Below, in pieces: positions 40,597 to 55,306 of a DNA stretch of 64,000 bases. The position numbers and the translations under genes are program-made. Where the stretch lies: contig NC_043014.1 of the NCBI RefSeq assembly GCF_006345805.1, forward strand, positions 4,960,001 through 5,024,000. The letters are read 5' to 3'. This DNA comes from Octopus sinensis (lineage: Eukaryota). How positions within the stretch are numbered: position 1 is the stretch's first letter; each line of letters starts with the position of its first letter. Below the pieces are notes generated by a model, which saw nothing but the letters and a program-made list of their open reading frames with translations, had not been told where the DNA came from and did no database searches.

Positions 40597-42430
40597 GGGA
40601 GCACAATATTGACGGTCTCAGGACAACAAAGTTGATCAAGAAGGGAACAACCTTTAATAATTGAGAATTAAAGCGTCAAAATTGTTAGATATAATCTGCC
40701 TGTAAGATATAATCGGTGTCTCCTCTACAAAATTTCCTTTCTCCGATAGCGTACACATGGATATAGGCTTTGAACTCCACTAAGCAACTCTGGTGCCAAC
40801 AATGTCTCTACAGGTAGGATTAGGATACTCTCAATCCCCAGCTTTCGGTTTGTATTATGGAGTGAAACCTACTAGGTGTGAGGGTTCACCTCTTGAAACT
40901 ACGGCTGAATATGAAGGACCACTGTGGCTGCTGTAAGTATATGCAGCAAACAGCGTGGTGAAATACAAATCGATCCTAAGCAAATTCACCTCAGCTTTAG
41001 ATATATTTGGGACAAAGTCATTTGTCCTGCAAGGAGACTTCAGTGCACACCTTGGCATTGATAACCATGAGAAGGATTGATTGGAAGGAATGTCGTCAGT
41101 GAAATTAATGGAGAGGTCATAGCAGCCTTCAGTGCAGGATACACACTCTCCTCTCTTCGGAATAGATATTATTTTAAGACAGGGATATTTATAAGGGTAC
41201 CTTGTATAGAAATACTTGGTGACAGAGGTTTCTGATAGATTTCGGTCATCTTTCACTCATTGCTGAACGTTCGGGTAAAAGGAAAGGGTGGAGTTTTCAA
41301 CTCGTTACTACCTAAATGTCTGAAACCCTGAAAATTCCACCAGTCTGCCGAACACTAGAAATTGTTAAGTCCAGTGCAACCTACAGAATACAATTGGAAG
41401 CCGCAGTGGATGCTGGGATCAGAATAAAAAATGTGGAGACTTTTGCATCCAAATTGAGAGTGACCATCCTGAATGAAGTTGGACATCGAAATGGATTCGT
41501 GATTGTATAATTTTTTTCGGCAGGTTCTTCTTCGGTTGAACGCTTATTTGAGCTAAACTGACTTAAAAGTGATAAAGCTGCTGGTGAAAAGCACGTCCGG
41601 CTTGATATTTTAGAAACTTTAAATACAGATTGTATTCTCTGAGTGACCCATGTATGCTATGTGGATGGGACCTCTGGAAAAAACACCAAGGCAATGGTAA
41701 TATGGGGTGCCAATCACAATTTTCTCAAACAGAGACCAAAGATTGTGTTCTAATTATAGAAAAGTCTACACTAGATGTCAGGAAACGATAAGTAGGGAAA
41801 ATGTCGTGCCCAAGATTACTGTCCGGGACGCAGTACACCCAACCAGAGAGTCGTTCAAAGACAGATCTTCCAGCAAACATTGAAATAATTCTAAGGTTTA
41901 TACGCTGTAAACCACGGAATAATGTGCCCTGGGGCATGTTCCGGATTGTTTACCAGGAAGGTGAGTTTAATGGGCAAAAACTGGTTGCCATAATGTACTT
42001 ATATGGATGTTCAAATGATTGTATTTATGTAAAAGTCGAAATTTTACGACGTGAAGGTTTCACTTAATTCAAGTGTGCATTGTTAGTGCCCCTTCTCACA
42101 TTCTTTTTTGTGATCTGGTTGAATATGCGCAACCATTGTGGTAGAGGTTACCCAATTCATCTCTACGTGATCGGTCGTCTGTTATTTGTAGACGACATGC
42201 TGCTACCTGATTCGTCTGATGGTCACCAACAACATGCACTGAATGGGTTGGCTGCCGAGTACCCCAAGGCAGGATTGACAAATACGCAATTTGTAGGAAA
42301 GTGGAACATCATTAGTTCGGGTTTTTATTCACGAATGATTGGAAGCACAAGAGTGGACAGAATGCAGAATTGTAGATATAAACGCAGTGAAGCGCCAGCT
42401 CGGGCATTTGATTCTCAGATGAAGAGGTCT
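40597..42430 (+). mobile_element. RTE LINE relic, partial unit 3b (5'-truncated at the fusion junction)
   Basis: Homologous to 7255-9066 and 55920-57760. Confidence 0.85.
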
Positions 42431-44656
42431 TGGCACAATTATCGACGTAGCACTGCATATATACTCATATACACAAAATAAATGGCATAATATATTAGAG
42501 TAATATTTTATTTAGGAAATTATTGTAAAGTAGAATATATTTTGAAATAAATTCAGGCAAGTGTCTTAGTATATATTATTGTGGACATGTGGATAGTAAT
42601 GTGGAACTAATTCAAAGTTGGTGAAATTAAAAATCATTGGTTAAGGAGACACGGGTAAAAGACTTTAGCTATAAAATTAGTTCTTACTTGGTGTGTCATC
42701 AGGTTTATCGTCGAGAGATTTCTTGGAGATGAAACGGTTCTTTGAAAAAATAGAAATAGCATCATATAAATAGAACTTCAGGGTATTTATTATCGTTGAG
42801 AACTTAAAACAATACAATGGATGACAACATATTCGGGCAGGAATCATTGCCAACAATACCTTCTCAACCCCTTAGGAATCGCCTAGAAGGCGCTTCAATC
42901 CAGTCAAACGATTTTCTGAAGAATATCAGAGAATATAATTCTGCATTTCAAATGACATCGTATGGTGAATCTAAGAAGATAGATAAACATGAATTTACGC
43001 CGACGTCAAAGATCAAGGGCAAGTCTATCCCCTCATTGGTTCCCTGGTAACCGCGAATGAACAACCACAGTTCCTCCAACTTTGCTCTATGAGTGATGTA
43101 GGACGACAAACCTGACGTGTGGTGTCAAAATTTCCGATGATGGGCCGTGTTAGACACAGCGCACACTGCTGCAAAGGAGAATATATCCACTGACAGCATT
43201 TCGGTGCGTTCAAAAAATCACACAAACCCCACCTCCAATTTTGCATGACAGGTTAGGGCCTGAAACACTCCAAACGGACGCATAGCATGTTGCTTAGTCG
43301 AATTAGCCCAGCATTTACTCTACAAATGTTTTGTTGTCAATGTTGCACTTTCCCATATCACCTGTTTCAAAATGACTCGAATATATTATATACCAACTTT
43401 CCCGTTTTTATCCCCAGCAATGCCGGGTATGTCTGCTAGTACACACACACTCATATATACACACACATATATATATATACATATATATATATACACACAT
43501 ATATATATACATATATATATATACACATATTTATATATATAGTTAAATTTAATCCATACAAGAAAGCACAAAAAACAACGCGAGGACGTGGAACAAATAT
43601 AGTATTATTGGACGAGGAAGGAAAGAAGGAGGGTTTAAGGTTTATGAGAATGAAAGATCCAGAGGAGGGAAGACAGAGGGAAAAAAATCGCCAACGGTAC
43701 ACACGCGGACACATTTTGAATGACGGAAGGAACTGGGTGAAGAACAGTTCTTTCAAAGACAGTAGAGTGGTAGTGGAGGAGGAATGTATGTGTAAGTATG
43801 GATAAGAGCGTGCGCGGTGGTCTGCGTGTGCGTCTGTGTGTCTGTGTGTATGTGTGCAATGATGACACGTGTGTGTGTGTGTGGTTGTGGCTGTTAATCT
43901 TTGCGTGTTGTAGTGTTAGTAGTGTTAAGGTCAAGGAAGAAGGAATTTGGCGTGGCTCCTTTTGTCTCTACCACAGATCAAGTAATAGGTACTGCTAGTT
44001 TGATGTATGTGTGTGTGTGCGTGTATGTATATGTATCGTGTGTGTGTTTTGTTTGTAGTGTGTGTGTGTCCGTGTGTGTGGGTTTTTGGAGTTGTTTTTG
44101 AGTAATGTGCGCGCGTGTGCTTGCGTGCGCGTGTGCGCTTAAGTACGCGTATGCGCGTGTGTGTCTGTGCCCATGTGTGTATAAGTGTGTGCGTATCTGT
44201 ATGAGTATTGTTCGTTAAAGGTATATGTGGACATCTGTGCTGGTGTGTGTGTATGTACGTGTGTATGTGTGTGTGCGTGTATTGTGTGCGTATGATACAT
44301 ATATATATCTCCGTGATCACCGTGACCGACCAGGCTATCAGTTGTTGCTACACATCGCTGGTCACAATGCGCTTCGCATTCTTTTAGCCTTCAAATGACG
44401 CCATCCCGTTGGCTAAGCGAGCAGGCCAACAGAAGAAAGGGAGAAAGTTATAGCGAAAGAGTACAGCAGTGATCGTGGAGCTTTAAACACACACAACACC
44501 CAGTCTGGGAATCGAAATCTCGATCCTACAACCGTGAGTCCGCGACCCTAAACCCTGGGCCACTTCACCTCGACACAGACATATATATTTATATATATAT
44601 ATATATATATATATAAATTGATCAAAATAAAATAAAAACATGATGCGAAGGATTCA

Positions 44657-44734
44657 GCGGTACATATGTTTCGGGCCTTTATTAGACAGATTTATAACAA
44701 TGCATAATGTATGTCTGTGGCCTTCTTCAGCCGC
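44657..44734 (-). ncRNA. Type I hammerhead ribozyme motif within a Penelope-like insertion (~44615-45340)
   Basis: GCGG-CUGAAGA-A-GGCC-(41-nt loop/stem)-GGCC-C-GAAAC-AUAU-GUA-CCGC. Core intact, stems I-III pair, stem III palindromic (ACAUAUGU). Confidence 0.75.
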
Positions 44735-46389
44735 GCACAACAGCTTCCACAATGACATGTGTTACATCAAATATTCTTGGTTGGGGATGCAAATCCTCTC
44801 ATTCACGTACGACATAATGCGGCAGCAGCATAGAATTGAAGCGTCCATCTCTTTCTTCTCTCAATGTAGAATGAGGAAAATCGGATGTTGAGGTAATGTA
44901 AATAAATAAATACATATATAGAGGTGAAGATGGAGGGGCGAGAGTTCGGGACGAGGGATAAAAAATGTATAAAAAGTGTAAGTATAGAATAATATAAAAA
45001 TGTAGAGGATAAAGATATAAAGGGTTGTAAGGAGATGTAAAGGGGGAATAAAGAAATATAAAGAAATATAAATAAATGTAAAGGCATAAGGTTATAAAGT
45101 AAAAATAGAAATAGAAATAAAAGTAAAAAAAACCTGATAAAAGCATGATAAAAGTGTAAAAGAATGTAAAGATAAGGGATGTATAGAGGTTACAGACCAA
45201 GCATGGTGGTCAGGAGATTGATAAAATTTAGTTGTAGAATTGTCAGTAAATCAACAGTTTCGTCTGGGGACCTAATGCGTTGTAAATCAGAGCTGATGAG
45301 CATTTAATCTGGTTCCTTGAATTAAATGGACTTCTAGTACATACATATCATCATGGATACATACACCCACATACACGCGTACATATACGCCTCCAAGGCT
45401 ATAAGCATACACACGCACTCGCGTGTAAACACGTACATAAACACACACGCACCCACACGCACGCGCGCACACACACATGCATACAACAGAATATCCGCAT
45501 GTATACGCGGACATTATACGCGTACACACTCACATGTATATACGCGCGCCCATCACTACATACACACACGTATATGCCCACGCCTCTAGGTCTAGGTATA
45601 AGATATTAAAGGATGTGTATAAGAACGTATGTAAAGAATCCCGTACTCATGTCTATACGTGCACGCACACACGGCTGTGTCCGTATATATATATATATAT
45701 ATATATAAATACATATCAATATATAGGTATACACGTTCACATAAGCATACACACCATAAATATCACAAACCGACGTATCTACTTATACGCATACACACAC
45801 AAACGTACACATATATGTGAGTGGACATACACTGTATAGTGTGATTGTTCGTGTACAATTGATCACGTGTGTCTGTGTGCGTGCGTATGTGTGTGTGTTT
45901 GTGTTTATTTGTGCGTGTGTTTGTCCGTGTGTCTGTGTGTATGTATTTACATTCGTTCTTACATATTGTCATATATAAAAACCAACGCGAATTACAGTCA
46001 AACATTACGAAATTCACCGATCTACATTGGCACTCGCACGTTTTATTTTCAGTTGGAAAGAAAAGATTAAAAAAAACTCGACTCACTTCCGTTCCTGATG
46101 GAGAGAAATAGATAAATGTGTGTAAATATGTACGTATTCCTATGTGTGCGTGTGTGCGTATGTGTCTGTTTCTGTGCGTGTGCGCAAGTGTACATCTAGA
46201 TATAATACTTAACACTAATATTAATACGGCTAAACGTTGCAGCGACAGGGCATGGCCATGCTAGAACCCCACCATTAGATTTTTTTCATTACGCACTTAT
46301 TTCCCTCTCCAGGATTATGTCTGGTGAAAGAGCGATCGGACAGGAGTACAATTCCACCCTTCTTTGTGTTTCCTTGGGATGTGTGTTTA

Positions 46390-46455
<66 letters not shown>

Positions 46456-46464
46456 TAGATAGAT

Positions 46465-46526
<62 letters not shown>

Positions 46527-46896
46527 GTAGATAAATAGATTGATAGATAGATATGTATGTACATACATACGTAACTATATATGTGTGCATGTATGTATGA
46601 TATGTATATATATATATATATAGATGTATGTGTGTGTTTGTGTGTATAGCACACGTAGTGTGTATGTATCTATGTTTTATATATGTGTCTGATATTGTCG
46701 CACCACTATCGATTCTCAACTGATGTCGGTGTATTTACGTCCCCGTTACATAGCGGTTCGGCTAGAGATAACGATAGAATGAGCAATGGGCTTACAAAGA
46801 ATAATTCCTGAAGTCATTTTGTTCTACTAAACGCTGTGCTCTAGCATGGCCGCAGTCAAATGACTGAAACGGGTAAAAGAATATATCTATATATAA

Positions 46897-46941
<45 letters not shown>

Positions 46942-47367
46942 GATAAATGGAGAGAGAGAGAGAGAGGGATAGACAGAGAAATACAGTGATAGATACACAC
47001 ACGCATATATTTGTTTGTATATATATATCTATATATGTTCACACACTAATATATTCTTATATATGTATATTTAGATATACATATATATGTATATTATATA
47101 TACAAATATATGTATATGTATGTATATGTAGGTTTAAGTGTGTGCGCCTGTGTGTTCGTGTGTGATTACGTGTGTGATCTTATGTGTGCGTGTGTGCTCC
47201 ATAGGAACATATGTACGTGATTCATGCATACATCCTTACATCCATCCATCCATCGGTACGTACATACATCCACATATTAATACATACATACGTAAATGTA
47301 TACATACATACATGCATATATAAATACATAAAGACATACATATATTAACACAAAATCCATGACTTAC

Positions 47368-47511
47368 CGTTTTCGATTTCTCTTCCATTTTTCCTATTCT
47401 TGAATCTTGATGAAGAATCACGATCGTCAGAACGAGAAGAACCCCAAAAGCTATGAGAGAAGAAATGGAATAACGCTGCGAAATATTCCTGGACAGTTGT
47501 GCGAAATCCAT
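47368..47511 (-). CDS. Copy 3 probable first exon (signal anchor)
   Basis: 144 nt, identical to copy 1, GTAAGT donor. Confidence 0.7.
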
Positions 47512-49547
47512 TCTGGTGACAGTTGTCGGTCGTACGTGATACTTCGTGTGGCTTCAACAAAAGATCGAGATGCGAGGTTTAAGCTGAAGACCTGTAACTG
47601 AATTCCACGTATTTATTGAGCGCACAACAACCCAGCTCTGGCATAGATCTTATCGTAAATTTATGAACCAATGCGATTGGTGGAACTGTAAAAGCGGGTG
47701 TGAACTTCTCTGACAGGTTTAATTATTGGAAAGAGATGGTTTGATATTGTCACACAATAATTAGCAATATATTTTGATGAATGAGAGTCTCGTGTAAAGT
47801 GAAATGATTCCTGTTTCTGGATATATTATGATATATTTATTTACTAATGTTGTTATTTAATTTTATTTGTTTATTCTTGGGAAACTGTTTTAATATTCAG
47901 TGTGGGAAGTATTTCGTTCAACCAACAAATACACAGACACACACGCATACACACACACTGACACGCAAACACACACGGACGGACACACACACAGACACTG
48001 ACACACACACACTGACACGCACACACAAGCACACACTGACACGAACACCAACACACACACACCTACACACACTGACACACAGACACACACACGCACACAC
48101 ACTAACACACACACACATACTGACATACACACACACCAACACACACCCACACACACCAACACACACTGACACACACACTGACACACACACACAGATACAT
48201 TGTCTTACACACACACACACACTCACGCACAGACATACACATTGACACACACACACTGACACACACACACACACGCTGACACACACACGCACATACACTG
48301 ACACACACACATACACTTACACACACACATACACTGACACATACACTGACACACACACACACACACACCGAAACACACACACACACACACACTCACACAC
48401 TGTTTTAATATTCAGCGTGGGAAGTATTTCGTTCAACCCACACAGTAATCGCAAGACTTAATCTAATGAAGTCCGCTGTTCGGATTGGATTCTTCACAAC
48501 AAGCGTTAATCGGATTAGAAAAGTTTTATGTGAATATCAAAATCAAAACCTACCAATTCCCACCCACCCGTACATACATATAAACATACATACATACATA
48601 CACACATACATACACACATACATACATATATACATACATACATACATACATGCAGGCATGCATACATACACACTCACGTATATACATACACATATACATA
48701 CATACATACATACATACATTCATACATGTATGCATATATTTATACATACATATTTACATACATACATATATACATACATACACGCACACATACATACAGG
48801 TATACATACATACATGCATACATACACACTCACGTATATACATACATATATACCCCCATACAGACATATATACTTACAATCACACACATATATATATACA
48901 TACATACACACATACATACACACATACATACATACAAACATAAATACATACACACACATACATACGTACATACATACATACATACATACATACATGTATG
49001 CATATATTTATACATACAAGTATGTATGTATACATGTATACATGCATGTATGTTTGAATGTAAGCATGTATATATCGATAGACCCATATACACATACATA
49101 CATACATACATATATACATACATACATACATACTTACATCCATACATACATGCATACATACTTACATCCATCCATCCATCCATCCATTCATAAATACATA
49201 CTTGGTGGCTGCCCACTCGTTATCGAGTATGGGCATTGCACGAAGGTTAATCAACGTCGTTATCTTGCAATGCCTGTGCATGAAGATTTTTTTTATAGTG
49301 AGGAAAGGCTGTGCACTGTGTCAATCCAGTCACTAAGCAACAGCAGCCATAATCCGAAAAGAAGAACAAGTCAACATTATCGGTAAACACTGAGCCGCAG
49401 GTTTTATATCGGAGTTATCCCAGTTACCTGAGTTACCTTCTCCTAGAAGGATGCCCTAACAAAGTCTAGGAGTCCTCCACTCCCAATGGTTTAACCGCCC
49501 GATCTGGTTTTCAGTCCGATAATTTCTATGTCCCCGCGCATGACAAA

Positions 49548-49875
49548 AACCAACCGGTCGATCCACGACCAACCAACAAACCAACCAACCAGGTGACCCA
49601 CCGACAAACCAGCCAACCAGCAACCAACCGACAAACCAACCAACCAGCCGATCCCCTACCAACCGTCAAACCAGCCAACCAGGTGACCCACAGACCAACC
49701 AGCCAGCCAGCAACCAACCGACAAACCAGTCATGACCAACCGATCCACCACCAACCGACAAACCAGCCAACCAGGTGACCCACAGACCAACCAGCCAGCC
49801 AGCAACCAACCGACAAACCAGTCATGACCAACCGATCCACCACCAACCAGCCAACCTGCCAACCAGCCAACAAAC
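49548..49875. repeat. (CCAA)-based minisatellite with ~90-bp higher-order period
   Basis: aggtgaccc recurs at ~49591, 49681 and 49772. Confidence 0.85.
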
Positions 49876-50710
49876 CTTTTGGTTGTTATTTTTATATAAA
49901 CGTTACTGAATAAAAGATGGGTTGGTCACGACTGGATGTCTTCGATCATAGACCTGCTCGATTAGGCTTTCGTGAGGGCTGGACAACAACAACATTTACA
50001 ACAACAACAACAACGTCAATAACAACCAACACAACGAAATACATTAAATACGACCGATTCTCTCTAGAATTAGGAACCCGGCGTTGTTTGCGTGAGTCTG
50101 GCCGAGGCATTTTGAAATAGCAGCAACACGTCGGGAAGAAGAAGGGTTTCCACTTAGATTTTAATTTAGGATCTTTCGTAAACCTCAATCTCTGGTGCTA
50201 GGGTCGGGGGGTGGGGTGGGGGACTTTGATATTGCTGACATGTCTTCTCTTTTACCTTCGGCAATACAATGAAGGCTTTTGTTGTTGATGTTGGTGGTGG
50301 TGGTGTTGTTCTTTGAGATAGTAGTGGTGGTGGTGGTGGCAATGGTTGTAGTTGTGGTGGTGGTGGTGGCAATGGTTGTAGTTGTGGTGGTGGTCATGGT
50401 AGTGGTGGTAGTAGTGCTGGTGCTGGTAATGGTTGTGGTGGCGGTCACGGTTTTGCTGGTGGTGGCTGTGTTTACCTCCGACGTCTGCCCAATCCAAACA
50501 ATTCTTTTTTTGCAGTCATTTCTCCGTTCTTTGTTTTTTCAATTTTTTTATTCTTTTTATTTTCAGACATATTGCCTCTGAGATATAACGAAGATTCGAT
50601 TCATATCGAAGTCAATTTTAATATTGGATTTACAAGTGCCCAAATCAGTGGTTCCCAACAGTAGTTAATTTGACAGTTGGAAGTCCATGTAAGATTGCTT
50701 TAAAATCTAT

Positions 50711-50936
50711 CTATTTCTTTACTACCCACAAGGGGCTAAACACACAGAGGACAAACAAGGACAGACAAGCGGATTAAGTCGATTATATCAACCCCAGTGT
50801 TTCACTGGTACTTAATTTATCGACCCTGAAATGATGAAAGGCAAAGTCGACCTCAGCGGAATTTGAACACAGAACGTAACCGCAGACGAAATACCACTAA
50901 GCATTTCGCCCGGCGTGCTAACGTTTCTACTAGCTC
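50711..50936 (-). mobile_element. tRNA-derived SINE with conserved central domain, unit 4 only
   Basis: Minus strand gagct..gttagcacgccgggcgaaatg..gttcaaattccgctgaggtcgactttgcctttcatc..gggtcgataaattaagtacc. Confidence 0.75.
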
Positions 50937-50937
50937 T

Positions 50938-51120
50938 TCATCAAAATTTTAAAAAACTTTTTTGAAAATTTTCATCAAAGTTTTTTAAAGTTTTTTGAAA
51001 ATTTTCATCAAAATTTTTTTAAAGTTTTTTGAAAATTTTCATCAAAACTTTAAAAAACTTTTTGGAAATTTTGATCAAAATTTTTGAAAAGTTTTCTGAA
51101 AAATTTCATCAGTTGTTCAT
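50938..51120. repeat. AT-rich ~32-bp minisatellite
   Basis: ttttgaaaattttcatcaaa repeated about five times. Confidence 0.8.
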
Positions 51121-53003
51121 GAAATACTGCAGATTTCGTTGATAGGGAATATTTTATCTCCGGATAGTTATCCAACAAATACATACACGCACACTGGCAC
51201 ACACACACATACAAACACACACACACACATATACAAACACACACACACACAAACTGACACACACACACACACTAACATACACACACAGACACAAACATAC
51301 ACACACACATTGACACACGCACACACACACACGCACACAAATATGCAGGGGAAATGCGGGCACTCACGAGCGACCGCAGTTACTGTTGGGGCACAAGGTT
51401 GAAGTCAACTCCTCTAGCGAAGAATTTATGAAAGAGAAATACCGAAGGGAGGTAACTCACGACAGACTCCAGCCTGGCGCTCTAATGGCGTCACTTACTC
51501 GTTGTTGTTGACTATGTTTAAGTTAAAGCAATGGCTTTAAGTTTGTCCAGATATTCCCCTCTTCGGTATTTTCTTTTGATAACGACTGAACTGGAACCCG
51601 ATAGGGAGCAGCACTGGACTGATATGCTGTTTTTGCCGCTTTCTGCACTGAATTTGCGTTTAGAGTTTGAAATATGCCATTAGCACATTTTAACGAACCT
51701 GAAAATTGCTTATGCCTAACACTGAGCGCTAATACTGTTCACTGGAAACGCCATGTTGAATGTTTCCATATATTCATTTGTCAATTTGCATTTCGTGCTT
51801 TCATATTACATAATTATTATTCTTTTTCTCTAGCTTTTTCACAATCGAGCATTCATATGGCACGCTATTAATCGGACAAAAAACGTGCTGCCACCCACAA
51901 ATCCCTCTTTCCACGGATACCTTCGTTTATTTGGCAGCCATTCTACAAACTCCCATATACAAGGAGCAATCATGCTGGGTAGAGTGTGAAAGACTCGACA
52001 TGTTGCACTGATTCCACCTAATGTATATTTTATAAGTGGTGTTCCTTTCTTTACTAAGTCGTTTATGTGTGTTACAGTTATTGTATGCATGTATCTCGAA
52101 GCAAGTTCCTCTTCTGCGAGTTTGAAAGTTTTATGTTACAGACGGAGATAATTTGTTGAACTCGATGTTTTGTGGTGTTGCTGTAGATTCGGTTGATGCT
52201 GTTCCTGAAGTCTACTCATATTTCTTGGTGGTTTCATATTTTATTTTGGCACATCAGTTTTCAGGGAACGATGAGAGGCTGCGTGTGTAATGTGAGGCGA
52301 GGTTGTGTGTGTGTGATTTTTGTAGAAGAGTGGGAATATTTGAATGTAGGTTGAAAATAGTTAATCGTGGGACGTGTACTTGTACCCTTGTCGAAAGAGT
52401 TTCGTGAAACACCTGACAAGTAGTTAGGTAGTTAACATTTTGTGGTAGTTCTTCAGCGGATATCAAATATCCTTTACTTGGTAATATCCGCGATTGGATT
52501 GCAGAGCTATCATCGCATCGATTGTAGTTACAATGATACGTATGTGAGTTGTTTTTTACTAACCCATCATGATTTAGTGATGTTAGTTATAAGCTTTTAT
52601 CGTGTTTTCTGAAGATTGATCATGAAAGGGTGATATATTTGTACGGATGTTTCATTTGTGGATTGTTTTCATTTTAAGACGGAATACAACACACATTTAA
52701 ACGAATCATCATTTTATTTCAAAATTTAAATTTGATAAACTGAACCTCATACAATGTATTCTAGAATCATTCCCTGAGGATTACATCGTTCTGTTAAGCT
52801 ATTTGTCACATTCTATGACGTCTCTGTTGTTTCGTTTTGAATATTTTCTGAAAACTTGTAGCAGCAATTTATTTAACGACATATATTAGTCGGATGAAAT
52901 ATTGCAAAACACAAATACAAGAAACGTATATGTTGCTCTATTATATTTTATTTTATGATTCGTCGATATAAATTTTCATATAGAAACGAATGTAAATTTC
53001 TAT

Positions 53004-53503
53004 TCAATATTTACTGCACACAATGCAGGTTAATTCTCGAACATTGACATACGGTGGACATGGCAATGAACCACAAGCAGCCTGAACGAAATACAGTAGA
53101 GCTCCATCTTCGTTTCTATAACCCGCTGGATCAGCTTCTGGTGCATAGTCCACACACACATATTCAAGTTTGCCTTTATGCCCGTAATGACCGGACATCA
53201 AATATCCCGAATACTCAGCTGTCCAACCAGCGTAACACTTTGTCCTGGCTGGTAACATCATAACAACAGCAGGTTGTCGTGTCAAACAGACAGCGCACGG
53301 AACGTTGTGATCATGAATTGATTCAGCATTAGCAAAAGAAAAGAGTTTATTAGTTGGGTATAATTCCAGTTGATATTCACTGCCATAAATGTAAGCACTT
53401 TTTGTATCTCCTGTCGTATAATTGGCCCAAATGGGGTCGTTAGGTAGACACAAGAGATTACTTCCGCCACCAGTATGGCTATAAAGTTGTCCACCAGCCA
53501 CAC
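53004..53503 (-). CDS. Copy 4 last exon, NC1-like domain, intact
   Basis: Open 165-aa frame with all Cys conserved; ttctag acceptor. Confidence 0.9.
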
Positions 53504-53731
53504 CTAGAATTGGTAAGAATAAATCAAGTAAAAAAGATGTTAAGCAAAATTATATATGAAATAACGGAAATATTCATTACAAATTGACCCTTAAAAGGAG
53601 TCATGTTTAGTCGTGTGTGAACGAATTGTGGTGTATATATCTTAGTGTTTATGTAAGTGTAAGCTGTGTGTTGCTGAATGCTTGAGAACGTATCTGTGCA
53701 TTTGCCTTGTCATCATATGTACATATATATA

Positions 53732-53830
<99 letters not shown>

Positions 53831-55231
53831 AAGAAGCATCAATGATCTCCAGATGTAATGCGGTACGCTTGTTTCATGCAAATCCAATTATATATATTGA
53901 TGGAGAAAAAGAAAGATATTTTATAACGCATGCACTCGTGTTTATCCGAAATGGAAAAGATGTTCACGTGTGAACGGGGATATTTTGGATGGTGGAAATT
54001 TTAGGAGGTTTGAGTAGGACAATACGGGAGACGACGAGATGCAGAGAAGTGGTGGGTAACCGTCGATGATATGTTGTTTAGTCGATCATACGAGAGTCGG
54101 TGGCTAAACCTCTCGTTTAGACTCGGACGAATCAGGCTTACATAGACGTTATGATCACACAGACTTTTTTTCATGCAATACACAGAAACGAGGTGGGAGG
54201 AAAAATTGTGAGGTTCAGTGATGGCGTAGTGCTTAAGATGAATGGACGGTGGAGTGGACGACCGATAAAGGATACGTGTAGGGTTTATAGAGAGTAGATT
54301 CAGAGCATTTTAAAGGAATGTTAGGTTGATTGGGGAAGCGGTTTTTAGCAGCAGTTTTGAATCGCAAGTTTCGGAATTACCTTACAAGGATATACTGGAT
54401 AAATAATGAAGTGATGTGGTGCATGAAAAGAGCAAGGTTTTAGCGATAGGACGATTTCGGTGAGGCGGAGAAGAATAGAAGTGCATTCTGTACTCTGTTG
54501 TGTTCTCTCACTAATATTTAGTCTCTCTATATTTTACTTAATGAATAAAGTCCTCAGCTTTTTCCATCAGTTACAGTATGTGGCTTGTCCAGTCCTCATT
54601 CTACATTGTGCTTTCATTTCATTAATCGTTTACAGTCACTGTCATCAATTCAAATAGACTCTATTCAATTTAGTCCACACCTACGATCATTGGGCACTCT
54701 AGTTAATGATAGTCAAGTGACCACTTTTCAGCACTGGTCACTCACGTACAATACCACCATCCGTAGTCAGTACAATTGATCACCAGTTTGCAGCCTCGGT
54801 ATTTGATATCTACAATCCAAAGCTGGTCAGCCTGAAATTCTTGATCGCCATGGTGGTTTTCAGTCCAGCCCCTGTCTGTAATTTAACGTAGAGATATCTA
54901 TATTCTGTGGTTAGACAACATCCTTTTCACTTGGTCCGTAGTAGACAACATATAATATTCTGATTTGACCAAATACCTACAAAGGAGTAAGCAGTCTTGT
55001 GTAGTGTCTGTATAGTCTACAGGTATAGACGTTTGAAACGTGACGTATCATAAAAGGATTTGAGAATGTTTATGTCAGACAACCCGACAAAGGGTGAGTG
55101 TGTGTGCGTGTGCGTGAGAGAGGGGGTGAGAGAGAAAGAGAGTCAACAAAAAGAGAGAATGAGAGGTATAAAAAAAGAACAAGAGGAAATCAAAAAGGGA
55201 ATGAGAGGTCAGAAATATAAAGTATACTAAC

Positions 55232-55306
55232 CGTCATATACAAGGTTTGAATAAGGAGGACAAGTTGTTCTGCCCCACCGGGTATACAATGATCCGAGAC
55301 CGGGTT
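55232..55306 (-). CDS. Copy 4 75-nt exon (PGLGSLYTRWGRTTCPPYSNLVYD)
   Basis: Canonical splice sites; same protein sequence as the copy 1 exon. Confidence 0.88.

Noticed and set aside
49548-49875. CRISPR-like or regularly interspaced array
   Set aside because: Eukaryotic minisatellite with no unique spacers or cas genes.
50166-50581. Thr-, His-, Gly- or Val-rich ORFs (mucin-like or His-rich)
   Set aside because: A (GGT/ACC)n trinucleotide tract that is open in most frames, with no splice or start support.
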